Shown: positions 12,505 through 21,832 of the stretch, piece by piece | Position numbering within the stretch: the first letter of the stretch is position 1 | How the letters are laid out: each line of letters starts with the position of its first letter | Assembly: GCA_963713045.1 (NCBI GenBank) | Contig: CAVQKE010000005.1 | Location: 268,012 to 332,011 of the forward strand | Reading direction: 5' to 3' | Length of the DNA: 64,000 bases | Source: an uncultured delta proteobacterium | Lineage (GTDB): Bacteria; Myxococcota; Myxococcia; Myxococcales; Myxococcaceae | Program-made: the position numbers and the translations under genes | The notes under the pieces: generated by a model | Told to the model about the DNA's origin: nothing | The model's database searches: none | Seen by the model: only the letters and a program-made list of their open reading frames with translations

Positions 12505-13246
12505 TCACTTCCGGAAATACGACAGCAGCCGGCGCAGTGGATCATACGCTGCGTCCACCACGCGTTCCTTCAGTGGAATAATGGCGTTGTCCGTGATGTG
12601 GATGCTCTTCTGGACAGACCTTTGTGCAGCACTTGGTGATGTTGCAGAACCCGATGCCCTCGCTCTTCTGCAGGTCGGCCACCCGGTTCTCGACATCGAG
12701 CGGGTGCATCTCCAGCGCGGCCGTGTACAGCAGCAGGCGCGGCCCCACGAATTGTGCCTGCTTAGCGTGGTCGCGCAACACGTGACAGACGTCTTGGCAC
12801 AAAAAGCACTCAATGCACTTCCGGAACTCCTGCACCCGGTCCACGTCGGACTGTGCCATCCGCCACGTCCCGTCTGGGGCATCCGGTGGACGGGGCTTGA
12901 AGGGCTTTATCTGCTTCTTCGCGGCGAAGTTCCAGGAGACGTCGGTGACGAGGTCCTTAATCAGTGGGAAGGAGTGCATCGGCTCGACCGTCACCGGTTC
13001 CTCCAGTGGGAGGTCGTTGAGACGTGTCATACACATCAGCCGCGGCATGCCATTGACTTCCGCTGAGCAGGAACCGCATTTGCCGGCCTTGCAGTTCCAA
13101 CGCACGGCGAGGTCATTGGCCGAGTCGGCTTGAATCTGCTGCACCGCGTCCAGCACCACCATGCCCTCGGACACCTCGGTGGTGTAGTCCTCCAGCTTTC
13201 CGCCCTGCGCGCCGCCGCGCCAGATTCGAAAGGTGGCTGTGGCCAT
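12505..13246 (-). pseudogene. sdhB: succinate dehydrogenase/fumarate reductase iron-sulfur subunit, one frameshift near the 3' end
   Basis: MATATFRIWRGG...WNCKAGKCGSCSAEVNG (2Fe-2S) ...CNITKCCTKVCPE in ORF 12542..13246. It continues as IHITDNAIIPLKERVVD...YFRK in ORF 12505..12882. The frame switch is near 12605-12612. Confidence 0.9.
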
Positions 13247-13274
13247 GAGGTTGTCCTCTGCTCCCGGGGGCTAG

Positions 13275-15103
13275 CTACTTCATCTCGTCGATAATCTGCT
13301 TCAGCTCGGCCGGCATTTCTGGGCCAGGTTGACGGGCCACCTGCATCGTGCCGTCGCTTCCTTTGTGCACCACAATATTCACGGTGGCGAAGGCCGGGTC
13401 CTTGTCTGGAAAATCCTCGCGGAAGTGGCCGCCCCGGCTCTCCTTGCGCTCGATGGCCGCATGAGTGATGGCCTGGGAGACGGTGAGCAGGTTGCTTAGG
13501 TCGAGTGCGGTATGCCAGCCAGGGTTGTACTCGCGGTTGCTGGAAACGCCCACTCGGCGGGCGCGCTCCCATAGCCCATCGAGGCCTTGAAGTGCCTGCT
13601 TCATTTCCGTCTGCGTGCGAACGATTCCCACCCACTTCTGCATCACGTCTGGAGGTCATGCTGCATCTGGTAGGGACCTTCGCCGGCGGCGTTGGGACGT
13701 CCGAACGGTTCGAGCGAGCGACTGGCGGCCCGATCCTCGACTGCTGAGGCGTCAATCTGCCCCCGCCCATTCTGGCTTGCGCAAACTTGGCTGCATACTC
13801 TCCGGCGCGCTTGCCGAAGACCAGCAGGTCCGAAAGCGAATTTCCGCCCAGCCGGTTGGCGCCATGGAGTCCTGCGGCGCACTCGCCGGCAGCGAACAGG
13901 CCGGGAACGGTGGACATCTGGCTGTCGCCGTCCACCTTGATGCCGCCCATCATGTAGTGGGTGGTGGGTCCGACTTCCATCGGCGTGTTGGTGATGTCGA
14001 TGTCCGCCAGCTGTATGAACTGATGGTACATGCTGGGGAGCTTCTTGTTTGATGTGCTCCTCAGCGTTCGGAAGCTTTTCTTTGATCCACGAGATGTCGA
14101 GGAACACGCCCCCATGCGGGCTGCCGCGTCCTTCCTGATCTCGCGCACGATGCAGCGGGCGACGTGGTCGCTGGTGAGCAACTCGGGCGGGCGGCGCGCG
14201 TTCTTGTCCCCTTGCGTGTAGCGCCAGCCTTCTTCCTCGTTGTCTGCGGTCTGCGTGCGGTAGTTCGCCGGGATGTCTCGAACATGAAGCGGCTGCCTTC
14301 CTTGTTGCGCAGGACTCCGCCTTCGCCGCGCACGCCTTCCGTGACCAGGATCCCTGGACGCTCGGCGGCCAGACCATGCCCGTTGGGATGGAACTGGACG
14401 AACTCCATGTCCATCAGGTCGGCGCCAGCGTCGTAGGCGAGCGCCTGGCCGTCGCCGGTGTATTCCCAGCTATTGCTGGTGATCTTGTAGGCGCGGCCGA
14501 TGCCGCCCGGTGCGCGAGCACCACGGCCCGGGCGCGAAAGAGATGGAAGCGTCCGCGCTCGCGATCGTAGGCCGAACGCGCCCGCACCCGCGGTCGCCGT
14601 ACTTCGAGCAGAGCTGACGATGGTGCATTCCATGAGCACGTCAATCGCCCTGCTGAATGCCGTGGTCCTGCAGGGTACGAATCATCTCCAGCCCGGTGCG
14701 GTCGCCGACGTGCGCCAGGCGCGGGTAGCGTGCCCGCCGAAGTTGCGCTGCAGAATGCGGCCGTCGCGGAGTGCGATCGAAAACCGCGCCCCAGGCCTCC
14801 AGTTCACGGACCCGTTCTGGCGCCTCCCTGGCGTGCAGCTCCGCCATCCGCCAGTTGTTGACGTACTGGCCGCCGCGCATCGTGTCGGCGAAATGGACCT
14901 TCCAGCTGTCGCGGTCGTCGACGTTGGCCAGCGCCGCGGCGACGCCGCCCTCGGCCATCACGGTGTGGGCTTTGCCCAACAGCGACTTGCAGACCAGGCC
15001 CGACCTTGGCGCCGCCGGCCGACGCTTCGATGGCGGCCCGCAACCCGGCGCCGCCCGCGCCCACCACCAGCACATCATGCTCGTGGGTCTCGTACTCGGC
15101 CAT
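13275..15103 (-). pseudogene. sdhA: succinate dehydrogenase/fumarate reductase flavoprotein subunit, about 13 frame switches
   Basis: Canonical SdhA peptides are scattered over seven track ORFs in three frames: MAEYETHEHDVLVVGAGGAGLRAAIEAS (14804..15421), LVCKSLLGKAHTVMAEGG (14641..15078), GGIGRAYKITSNSWEYTGDG (14061..14639), AYDRERGRFHLF (14414..14644), EGRGSPHGGVFLDISWIKEK (13643..14377), GPTTHYMMGGIKVDG...AAGECAAGLHGANRLGGNSL (13036..14181), MMQKWVGIVRTQTEM...IIDEMK (13275..13646). Confidence 0.9.
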
Positions 15104-15913
15104 CAGAAGAACCTCCAGTCGTGCCAGATGCCCATCGAACAGAGCCGGATGTAGACGTCGGAGAAGGCCACCGAAAACAAGCTGGGCCACGCCCAGCGCA
15201 TGTGGCGGCTGTTCAGGCAGCTGACGCAGGCGTAGGCCTCTGTTGCGTATCGGGACGCTGCGAGAGCGGTTGAACTGCCCGCCGACCAGATGCCGCAGCG
15301 AATGGCAGCCCAGCGTGTACCCGCCAGCAGCACCACATTCACGGCCAACAGCAGACGTCCCGACGCCGACCCCGAAGAGGACTTGGCCGGTGGCGGGTCT
15401 GCGAACCAAAGCGCCTTCCACACGTCGTGCACGAGAATGAGGATGAAAAGGCCAACGCCAGGTAGAGGAAGTAGCGATGGACGTTTTGGAGGATCAGCGG
15501 AAAGCCGCACTCGCCGACGGTAGTGGCTGACGCGGCTCACCCACGGCGCAGGCCGGCGGGTCGGCCCAGAAGGCTTTGTAATAGGCGCCGCGGTAGTAGT
15601 AGCAGGTGAAGCGAAACCCGGCCGGGAACGGCGAGAATGAGAGCGCCGGCGAGAAAGGGCAGCCAGCCAGGCCAGGCGGCTGGCTTCGGGCCGAACCAGG
15701 CGTGGGTTGGGATCGCCGAACAGCTCTGGCGAGTAGAACGGCGACAGGTACGGCCCGAAGGGTAGTGGTTGCATTCTGAAACGCCGCCCAGGTGGCGTAG
15801 ACGATAAAGACAGTCAGCAGCACCAACACCACCGACGGCCACGCCCACCATGCGTCCCGGCGCACCGTCTGTGCGAAGCGCGGCGGAGTGGGGCGAAATG
15901 TTGCTTGGGTCAT
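15103..15913 (-). pseudogene. sdhC: succinate dehydrogenase/fumarate reductase cytochrome b subunit (b558-type), at least 9 frame switches
   Basis: ATG at 15913 (MTQATFRPTPPRFAQTVRRDAWWAWPSVVLVLLTVFIVYATWAAF). Later pieces PFGPYLSPFYSPELFG, FPAGFRFTCYYYRGAYYKAFW, GECGFPLILQNVHRYFLYLALAF, FILILVHDVWKALWF, YTLGCHSLRHLVGGQ and AYACVSCLNSRHMRWAW...WHDWRFF alternate among three frames. The stop overlaps the sdhA ATG (TGATG). Confidence 0.75.
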
Positions 15914-16330
15914 GCAACGCTCCCTTTCGGGTGGCGACATCCGAGGGGGCGGACCATAAGCTCGCTCGGCAACACGGGGCCAGGACCCAAAAACCCTGGC
16001 GCGCCCATCCGATGGGTCCAGCGCGCCGCGTCGTCGCCGCGGCACAGGACAGCTGCTGGCCTGGTGAAGCGCTGCTTTCGCCTCGCCGCGGGGTCCCGAC
16101 GCCGTCGTCAACCAACGACGAAAGTCTCCTCGCCAACGGGAAGTTGAACCGGAGGCGTAGCCGGATTGACGCCGGGAGAGGTACGCCGGTGCAAGGGTAC
16201 TGGCGCGCGTCCATCGCATTCCGAGGCGACTGCAAGTCGAGGGGCTTCCATCGACACTGGGCATCGGCGCCGCCGGGCGTGTGGACGAAGAGCTGCGCCT
16301 GAGGATATTCCTGGGCTCGAGGAGGGAGTG

Positions 16331-17498
16331 ATGACCCCACCAGACCACCAACAAGCAGTCGCCCGGACACGTGAGATTGCCGACGCGACGATTTCCCCCG
16401 CAGCGCACGACCATGACAGGGCTGGGAGCTTCCCAACCGACGCCGTAGCCGCACTCGGACAGGCCGGGCTGCTGGCGCTCAACGTCCCGACAACTTTCGG
16501 TGGCTCAGGCCTCGGCCCACGTGCCTTCGCGGAGGTCATGACCATCCTCGCCGAAGCGGACCCGTCGGTGGCGATGGTCTACATGATGCACGTTTGCGCA
16601 AGCGAGGTGATTATCGCTGGCGCCAAGACGACCGGCAGCCGGGCAGCCGATGCGGCGCTCAGGGACATGTCCCGGGGCAAACATCTCACCACCCTCGCCT
16701 TCAGCGAGGCCGGATTGCGCAGCCACTTCTGGGCGCCCATCTCCAAGGCTTCCCGCTCCGACGGCGGCGTTCGGCTGAACGCGAAGAAGTCCTGGGTAAC
16801 CAGCGCCGGGGTCGCAGACAGCTACGTCATCACCACACTCTCACCCGAGGCGAAGGGCAGCACCGACTCGACGCTGTACCTGGTTCCGGGGGTCTGCGGC
16901 CGGGATGCGCGTCGCGGCGCCCTGGGACGGCCTGGGCCTGCGGGCGACCGCATCGTCCCCAATGACGCTTGAGGCGGTGGAGGTCGGCGACGACCGCCGC
17001 CTCACCGAGGAGGGCGGCGGCTTCGCGGCCAAGCTGAACGTCGTGCTGCCCTGGTTCAACCTGGCCAGTGCCACCGTCTCCCTCGGCATCTGCCGCGCCG
17101 TGGTGGCGGCAACTGTGGCTCATCTGAAGACCAGCAAGTTCGAGCATCTGGGCAATACCTCGCTCGGCGAAGCGCTACCGACGCTGCGACAGAGGCTCGC
17201 CCAGATGCAGATTGACACCGATGGCCTCGCGCACCGAGTCGACGACTGCGTCGGCGCGCTGGAGACCCCCGGCCCGCTCACGATGCTCCGCGTCCTCGAG
17301 GTCAAGGCCGCTGCCGGGGAGACCGCCATCCGGGTCACCTCCAGCGCGATGCAGGCCTGCGGCGGCGCCGCCTTCTCCAAGCACACGTCCATCGAACGCT
17401 ACTTTCGTGATGCGCACGCTGGCTCGGTGATGGCGCCCACCGTGGACGTCCTCCGCGAGTTCATCGGAAAGTCGCTCCTCGGCATCCCGCTGTTCTGA
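16331..17498 (+). pseudogene. acyl-CoA dehydrogenase-fold flavoenzyme, single frameshift in a G5 run (may be a sequencing error)
   Basis: ATG at 16331 follows GGAGGGAG. The N-terminal half is in ORF 16166..16972 (...STLYLVPG) and the C-terminal half in ORF 16905..17498 (MRVAAPWDGLGLRATASSPMTLEAVEV...YFRDAHAGSVMAPT). They join at GGGGG 16888-16892. Confidence 0.8.
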
Positions 17499-17514
17499 GC
17501 ACTGAGCACTCTCC

Positions 17515-18336
17515 ATGCTCGAGACCATCAACCTGGGCGCCGTGGTTTACGACCCGAAGGTCATCGGGATTTGGGAGGGCATGCGGAGGTACTTCCGCGA
17601 CGAGGCGAAGGTCCCGGTCGAGGTCGTCCTGTACCTGGGCTACCCGGCTCAGGTGGCTGCGCTTCTTGCCGGACGCATCGACATCGCCTGGAACACCAAC
17701 CTCGCTTATTTGCAGTCGGACCACTTCAGTCAGGGCAAGTGCAGGCCGCTCGCGATGCGAGACACCGACCTCGAGTGGTGGACGGAGATTGTGGTTCGCA
17801 AAGGGGGTGGCGTCCGCCAGCTGTCGGACCTCCGCGGAAAGCGTGTCGCCCTCGGAAGCCGTGACAGCGGCCACGCGGCGATTCTTCCAGTGCACTTCCT
17901 CGCTCAGGCAGGCCTGGTCGAGGACCGGGACTACCAGTCGCTCCGCTTCGACAGCGACCTCGGGAAGCATGGAGACACCGGGACCAGCGAGGTCGACGTG
18001 CTCCGTGCCGTCCTCAACGGCGAAGCCGATGCGGGCGCGGTGGGTAGCCCCTTCTGGGCGGGCGTTCTCTCGGGCCAGCTCGTCCCGGCAGGAGCCGTGG
18101 AGTCCATCTGGTCGTCTCCGCGCTACCACCATTGCATGTTCACCGCGCGGGTCGGCCTTCCCACCGAGGATGCCACCCGCTTCACCGACGCGCTCTTCAG
18201 AATGAACGGCGACCCGCGCCTCCGACCCATCCTCGACGCCGAAGGCCTCAAAGAGTGGGTGTCCCCCCGCACTGAGGGCTACGGCTCGCTTCGCGAGGCA
18301 GCGCTCCAGCAGGGCTTCCTCGCGCGGTCGGGCTGA
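17515..18336 (+). CDS. PhnD/SsuA-like periplasmic-binding-protein-fold protein lacking a signal peptide (predicted cytoplasmic)
   Basis: 273 aa. LLAGRIDIAWNTNLAYLQ and LRGKRVALGSRDSGHAAILPVHFL resemble the phosphonate/sulfonate-type SBP fold. The N-terminus MLETINLGAVVYDP has no hydrophobic leader. Confidence 0.6.
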   Translation: MLETINLGAVVYDPKVIGIWEGMRRYFRDEAKVPVEVVLYLGYPAQVAALLAGRIDIAWNTNLAYLQSDHFSQGKCRPLAMRDTDLEWWTEIVVRKGGGVRQLSDLRGKRVALGSRDSGHAAILPVHFLAQAGLVEDRDYQSLRFDSDLGKHGDTGTSEVDVLRAVLNGEADAGAVGSPFWAGVLSGQLVPAGAVESIWSSPRYHHCMFTARVGLPTEDATRFTDALFRMNGDPRLRPILDAEGLKEWVSPRTEGYGSLREAALQQGFLARSG

Positions 18337-19368
18337 ATGGGCTCGCTGCGCCATAAGGCGGAGCTTCGAGCGGACGCGAAGGACTTCTCGAACGGCTTGC
18401 TGAACGACCTCCTCGCGGCGTTCCAGGGTTTGGCCGACGGCGACCTCCTCTCGCTGCTCGGTCCTGCGCGTCTCGGGCCCGACCTTGACCTCTGGGCTCG
18501 CTTCACCGGGAACGCAATCGTCGAGGTGACCAGCGAGGGTGAGACCAGCCGGTTCGTCGTCCGCAAGGGGCCGCTGCTTTCGTATGAGGAGGCGCCAGTC
18601 GTTGGGGAGCGGCTGTGGCTCTACACCAACTTCGATTGCAATCTCGCCTGTGACTATTGCTGCGTGCGCTCCTCACCGCGGGCGGATCCCCAGGCGCTCC
18701 CGCTTGAGGACATCCAGCGCGCTGCCTCCGAGGCGCCCGAGGCCGGCGTCCGTGAACTCTTCGTCACCGGAGGCGAGCCGTTCCTGCGCTCGGACATCGC
18801 CGAGATATTGCTGGCCTGTGGACGGGCTCTTCCGACGACCGTGCTCACCAACGGACTTCTCTTCGCCGGCAAGCGCCTGCGCGCCCTTCAAGAACTCCCC
18901 CGCGACCGTGTGGTCCTGCAGATTAGTCTCGACAGTCCCACCGCCGCGCTCCACGACCGGCATCGAGGAGCCGGGAGCTGGGAGAAGGCCCGGGCCGGCA
19001 TCGCCAGCGCCCGGGAGGAAGGCTTCCGCGTCCGGCTGGCCTCGACCGTGACCGACGCGCAGGCGGAGCAGGACTTCCAGGAGTTCGTCGAGCGGGAGGG
19101 TATTCCGAAGCAGGACTGCGTCGTGCGCCGAGTCGCCCTCCGCGGGTTCGCCGAGGAGGGCGTGGCCCTGTCGCGGTCGGACCTGGTTCCAGAGGTGACC
19201 TTCACCCGGGCGGGCGTCTACTGGCATCCCGTCGGGGCGACAGACCAGGACTTCTTCGTCACCGGTCGGTTTTTTCCTCTCGTCGAGGCAATCGAGGCAG
19301 TCAGGCGCGCCTTCGCCGAGGAGCGGCGCTTCGCCACCTCTGTGGCCAACGTGTTCCGCTGCGCCTAG
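18337..19368 (+). CDS. radical SAM enzyme with a ~95-aa N-terminal TusA-like extension
   Basis: The ATG directly abuts the upstream stop (TGAATG). CNLACDYC is the CxxxCxxC 4Fe-4S/SAM motif. FVTGGEPFL is the GGE-type SAM-binding motif. 343 aa. Confidence 0.8.
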   Translation: MGSLRHKAELRADAKDFSNGLLNDLLAAFQGLADGDLLSLLGPARLGPDLDLWARFTGNAIVEVTSEGETSRFVVRKGPLLSYEEAPVVGERLWLYTNFDCNLACDYCCVRSSPRADPQALPLEDIQRAASEAPEAGVRELFVTGGEPFLRSDIAEILLACGRALPTTVLTNGLLFAGKRLRALQELPRDRVVLQISLDSPTAALHDRHRGAGSWEKARAGIASAREEGFRVRLASTVTDAQAEQDFQEFVEREGIPKQDCVVRRVALRGFAEEGVALSRSDLVPEVTFTRAGVYWHPVGATDQDFFVTGRFFPLVEAIEAVRRAFAEERRFATSVANVFRCA

Positions 19369-19621
19369 AGCCCCTCCCTGCTTCAACCGCTGCTCCACGA
19401 TGACGGCTTCGAGCCGTTCGAGTCCGAACGCCGTCACCGGGAGCAGTCTCATCGGACAGACGGAGCCACCCACGCTTGACGTGGCAGGCCGGCGCGCGTT
19501 GGATGCCGTCGGCCTTTACCAGCCCGCCGCTGGCACGGCGGCTGCCGAGAGGCCGCCCGACCCATCGCATTCACCACCCGCATCTCGGAAACTCGAATGT
19601 CGAGTCGCCCAGGAGGGCCCC

Positions 19622-20359
19622 ATGATGAGAGCAGGCCGCGTTGCCGTGACGACTGCTGTATTCATCGGAATGCTTTGTCCAGCGACACCTGTGTCCGCGC
19701 AGCAGCTCCCGGCCATCGCCGAGCAGATTGCGAAGACCTATGGTCTCGACTCCTTTGGTCAAATCGAGGCCATCCGGTACACCTTCAACATCGATGTCGG
19801 TAAAGGAAAGTTCAAGGTCTCGCGTTCGTGGGTCTGGGAGCCGAAGGCGGACCGAATCTCATACGACGGAAAGGACAAGGCCGGTCTCCCCGTCAAGGTC
19901 ACTTACTCGCGCTCTGAGTTCGCAACTCAGAGCGCGTTCGTGAAGGAGGAAGTCGATCCGGCGTTTTTCAACGACCAATACTGGCTATTACTCCCGTTCC
20001 ATCTCGTCTGGGATACCAGCGCCACAGTTCAGGATGCCGGCATGCAGAAAGTCCCGCTTGGGAAAGGATCCGCCCGGAAGGTGGTGCTGAAGTATCCCTC
20101 GAACGTGGGCTACACGCCGGGTGACACCTGGGAACTTTACGTCGGCACCGACGACCGAATTCGGGACCTCGTCTTTCGTCACGGCGGTAGCACAAAGCCA
20201 AGTCTCGTCATTGCGACCTGGACTGAATATAAGAAGGCGGGACCGCTGCTCTTTTCACTGGATCACCGCGGAACGGCCGATGGCGCGCCGATGCGCGTTT
20301 TCTTCTCGAACGTGGCCGTCAAACTGGTGGGGTCCAGTACCTGGATAGAGGCCAAGTAA
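19622..20359 (+). CDS. hypothetical secreted protein
   Basis: ATG at 19622 inside track ORF 19400..20359. MMRAGRVAVTTAVFIGMLCPATPVSAQQ is a signal peptide. I recognise no motif. Visibly lower GC than its neighbours. Confidence 0.6.
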   Translation: MMRAGRVAVTTAVFIGMLCPATPVSAQQLPAIAEQIAKTYGLDSFGQIEAIRYTFNIDVGKGKFKVSRSWVWEPKADRISYDGKDKAGLPVKVTYSRSEFATQSAFVKEEVDPAFFNDQYWLLLPFHLVWDTSATVQDAGMQKVPLGKGSARKVVLKYPSNVGYTPGDTWELYVGTDDRIRDLVFRHGGSTKPSLVIATWTEYKKAGPLLFSLDHRGTADGAPMRVFFSNVAVKLVGSSTWIEAK

Positions 20360-20512
20360 AGCTGCTGGAGACATCTCGCCGCCGGAATTCGTCAGGGTGC
20401 TCCATAGGCCTGAACGTACTGCCCTCTACCATGCCCGGCGCAGACCGGCCGCCGATGCGCGTCGTGCCGGATACGCATCTGCCCAAGGCTGGCAGCGCCT
20501 GCACCGTCCTCG

Positions 20513-21832
20513 TCATGGAACGCTCCTCGACGACGGATTGAGGTCGGCGTCCAATCTCAAGCGCTTGCTTCGCCACAGCCAGAAGACAGCGCCGACCAGC
20601 GCTCCATACTCGACCAGAAGCGCCCAGCCAGGCACCGCCCATGGCACGCCGACGAGCCCCCACGCGCTGTAGGCGCTCAGGATGGATACCGTCCAAATCG
20701 TCAACGGCATCGTCGGCGGCGCGACCAGAAACGGCGTGAGCCAGAGGAGATACCAGGGGTAGACCAATGGCGCACAAACCAGCACTGCCGCCATCGGCCA
20801 CGCCCAGGCTTGCGGCGAAGCCAGCGAGAGCCGACGCCGCGCCCAAACGCCGACCGCCAAACCAACGGCAACTGCGAACCCGGTGGCCGCGGGCGGCCCT
20901 ACAAGCGAGGCGACACCCGAGAAGATTGGCCCGTTGAAGCGGAAACGATGAATTACTTCCGGAACAGACCCGATGGGCAGGCCGCGGTGGTCCCAGAACA
21001 GCACATAAAGCACCAGCAGCAAGGCGCCTGCGACGACGACATGGCGTCGCGAGACACGGCGCCACAGGAGCGGCAAGAGAACGATTGGAAGGGGCTTCAC
21101 TGCTACCGACAGCGCAAAGGCGACGCTCCCCACAAATTTCCGGCCGCGCGCGAGGGCAAACGCAGCGCAGGCGACGAGGAGCGCGCCGACCACGTCCACG
21201 TGCCCGTGACGGGCGACCTCGAGCGAGACGAGCGGGCTCCACAGGTACGCAAGCACCCAGCCGGGGTTTGCGCCGGCGGCGAGGAGCGAACGCCACACGA
21301 CAAACGCCAGCAGCGCGTCACAGAGCAGAACGGCTACCTTGATGCTCCGCGCTGATTCACTCAGCGTCGTCGCCGCGAGGAAGAAGAGCTGCGCGCCCGG
21401 AGGGTAGGGGCTCGGCACGTCGGGGTTGTTTACCGGCCAGTTCTCGCTGGTCCGCAGATGCGCGAATGCAGGGTCGGCCGGAACGACTGCATAAGGGCTG
21501 AGGCCCGCCCGGACGAGGTGCGCGTCCCATAGGTAGCGGCGCAAGTCAGCGTTAGGTTCGGGAGGCGTCAGCAGCATCGGCACCCGCCAGGCCAGCGCCA
21601 GGACGGCGCAGGCCAGCAGCATCCGCGCGGAAGGCCGTAGGCCGTTCGTCACCTGGTGCAGCGCTGCGAGGTAGCCGACCGCGGCCAGTGCGAGCAGAAC
21701 GAAGAACGCGGCCGAGCCGTCGGCCGGTCGAATCAGGCCGAAGGTGACGAGCGCCGAACCAACGATGGCGCCGCTGATGCACAGTCCATGGCTGGCGCGC
21801 ATCGGTCTCCTGGCGTCATCCGGCGCGCTCAT
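20513..21832 (-). CDS. polytopic GT-C-fold-like membrane glycosyltransferase (DUF2029/GT87- or PMT-like)
   Basis: More than 10 hydrophobic segments. The loop YPPGAQLFFLAA after the first helices is typical of polyprenyl-phosphate-sugar-dependent transferases. Start is ambiguous (21832 overlapping the upstream gene, or 21802). Confidence 0.55.
   Translation of the reverse strand: MSAPDDARRPMRASHGLCISGAIVGSALVTFGLIRPADGSAAFFVLLALAAVGYLAALHQVTNGLRPSARMLLACAVLALAWRVPMLLTPPEPNADLRRYLWDAHLVRAGLSPYAVVPADPAFAHLRTSENWPVNNPDVPSPYPPGAQLFFLAATTLSESARSIKVAVLLCDALLAFVVWRSLLAAGANPGWVLAYLWSPLVSLEVARHGHVDVVGALLVACAAFALARGRKFVGSVAFALSVAVKPLPIVLLPLLWRRVSRRHVVVAGALLLVLYVLFWDHRGLPIGSVPEVIHRFRFNGPIFSGVASLVGPPAATGFAVAVGLAVGVWARRRLSLASPQAWAWPMAAVLVCAPLVYPWYLLWLTPFLVAPPTMPLTIWTVSILSAYSAWGLVGVPWAVPGWALLVEYGALVGAVFWLWRSKRLRLDADLNPSSRSVP

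Noticed and set aside
19330-19368. Possible Cys-rich or selenocysteine tail of the radical SAM protein, as expected for TIGR04167/ArsS-type enzymes.
   Set aside because: There is only one Cys (..VFRCA) followed by a TAG stop. There is no in-frame TGA and no Cys cluster.
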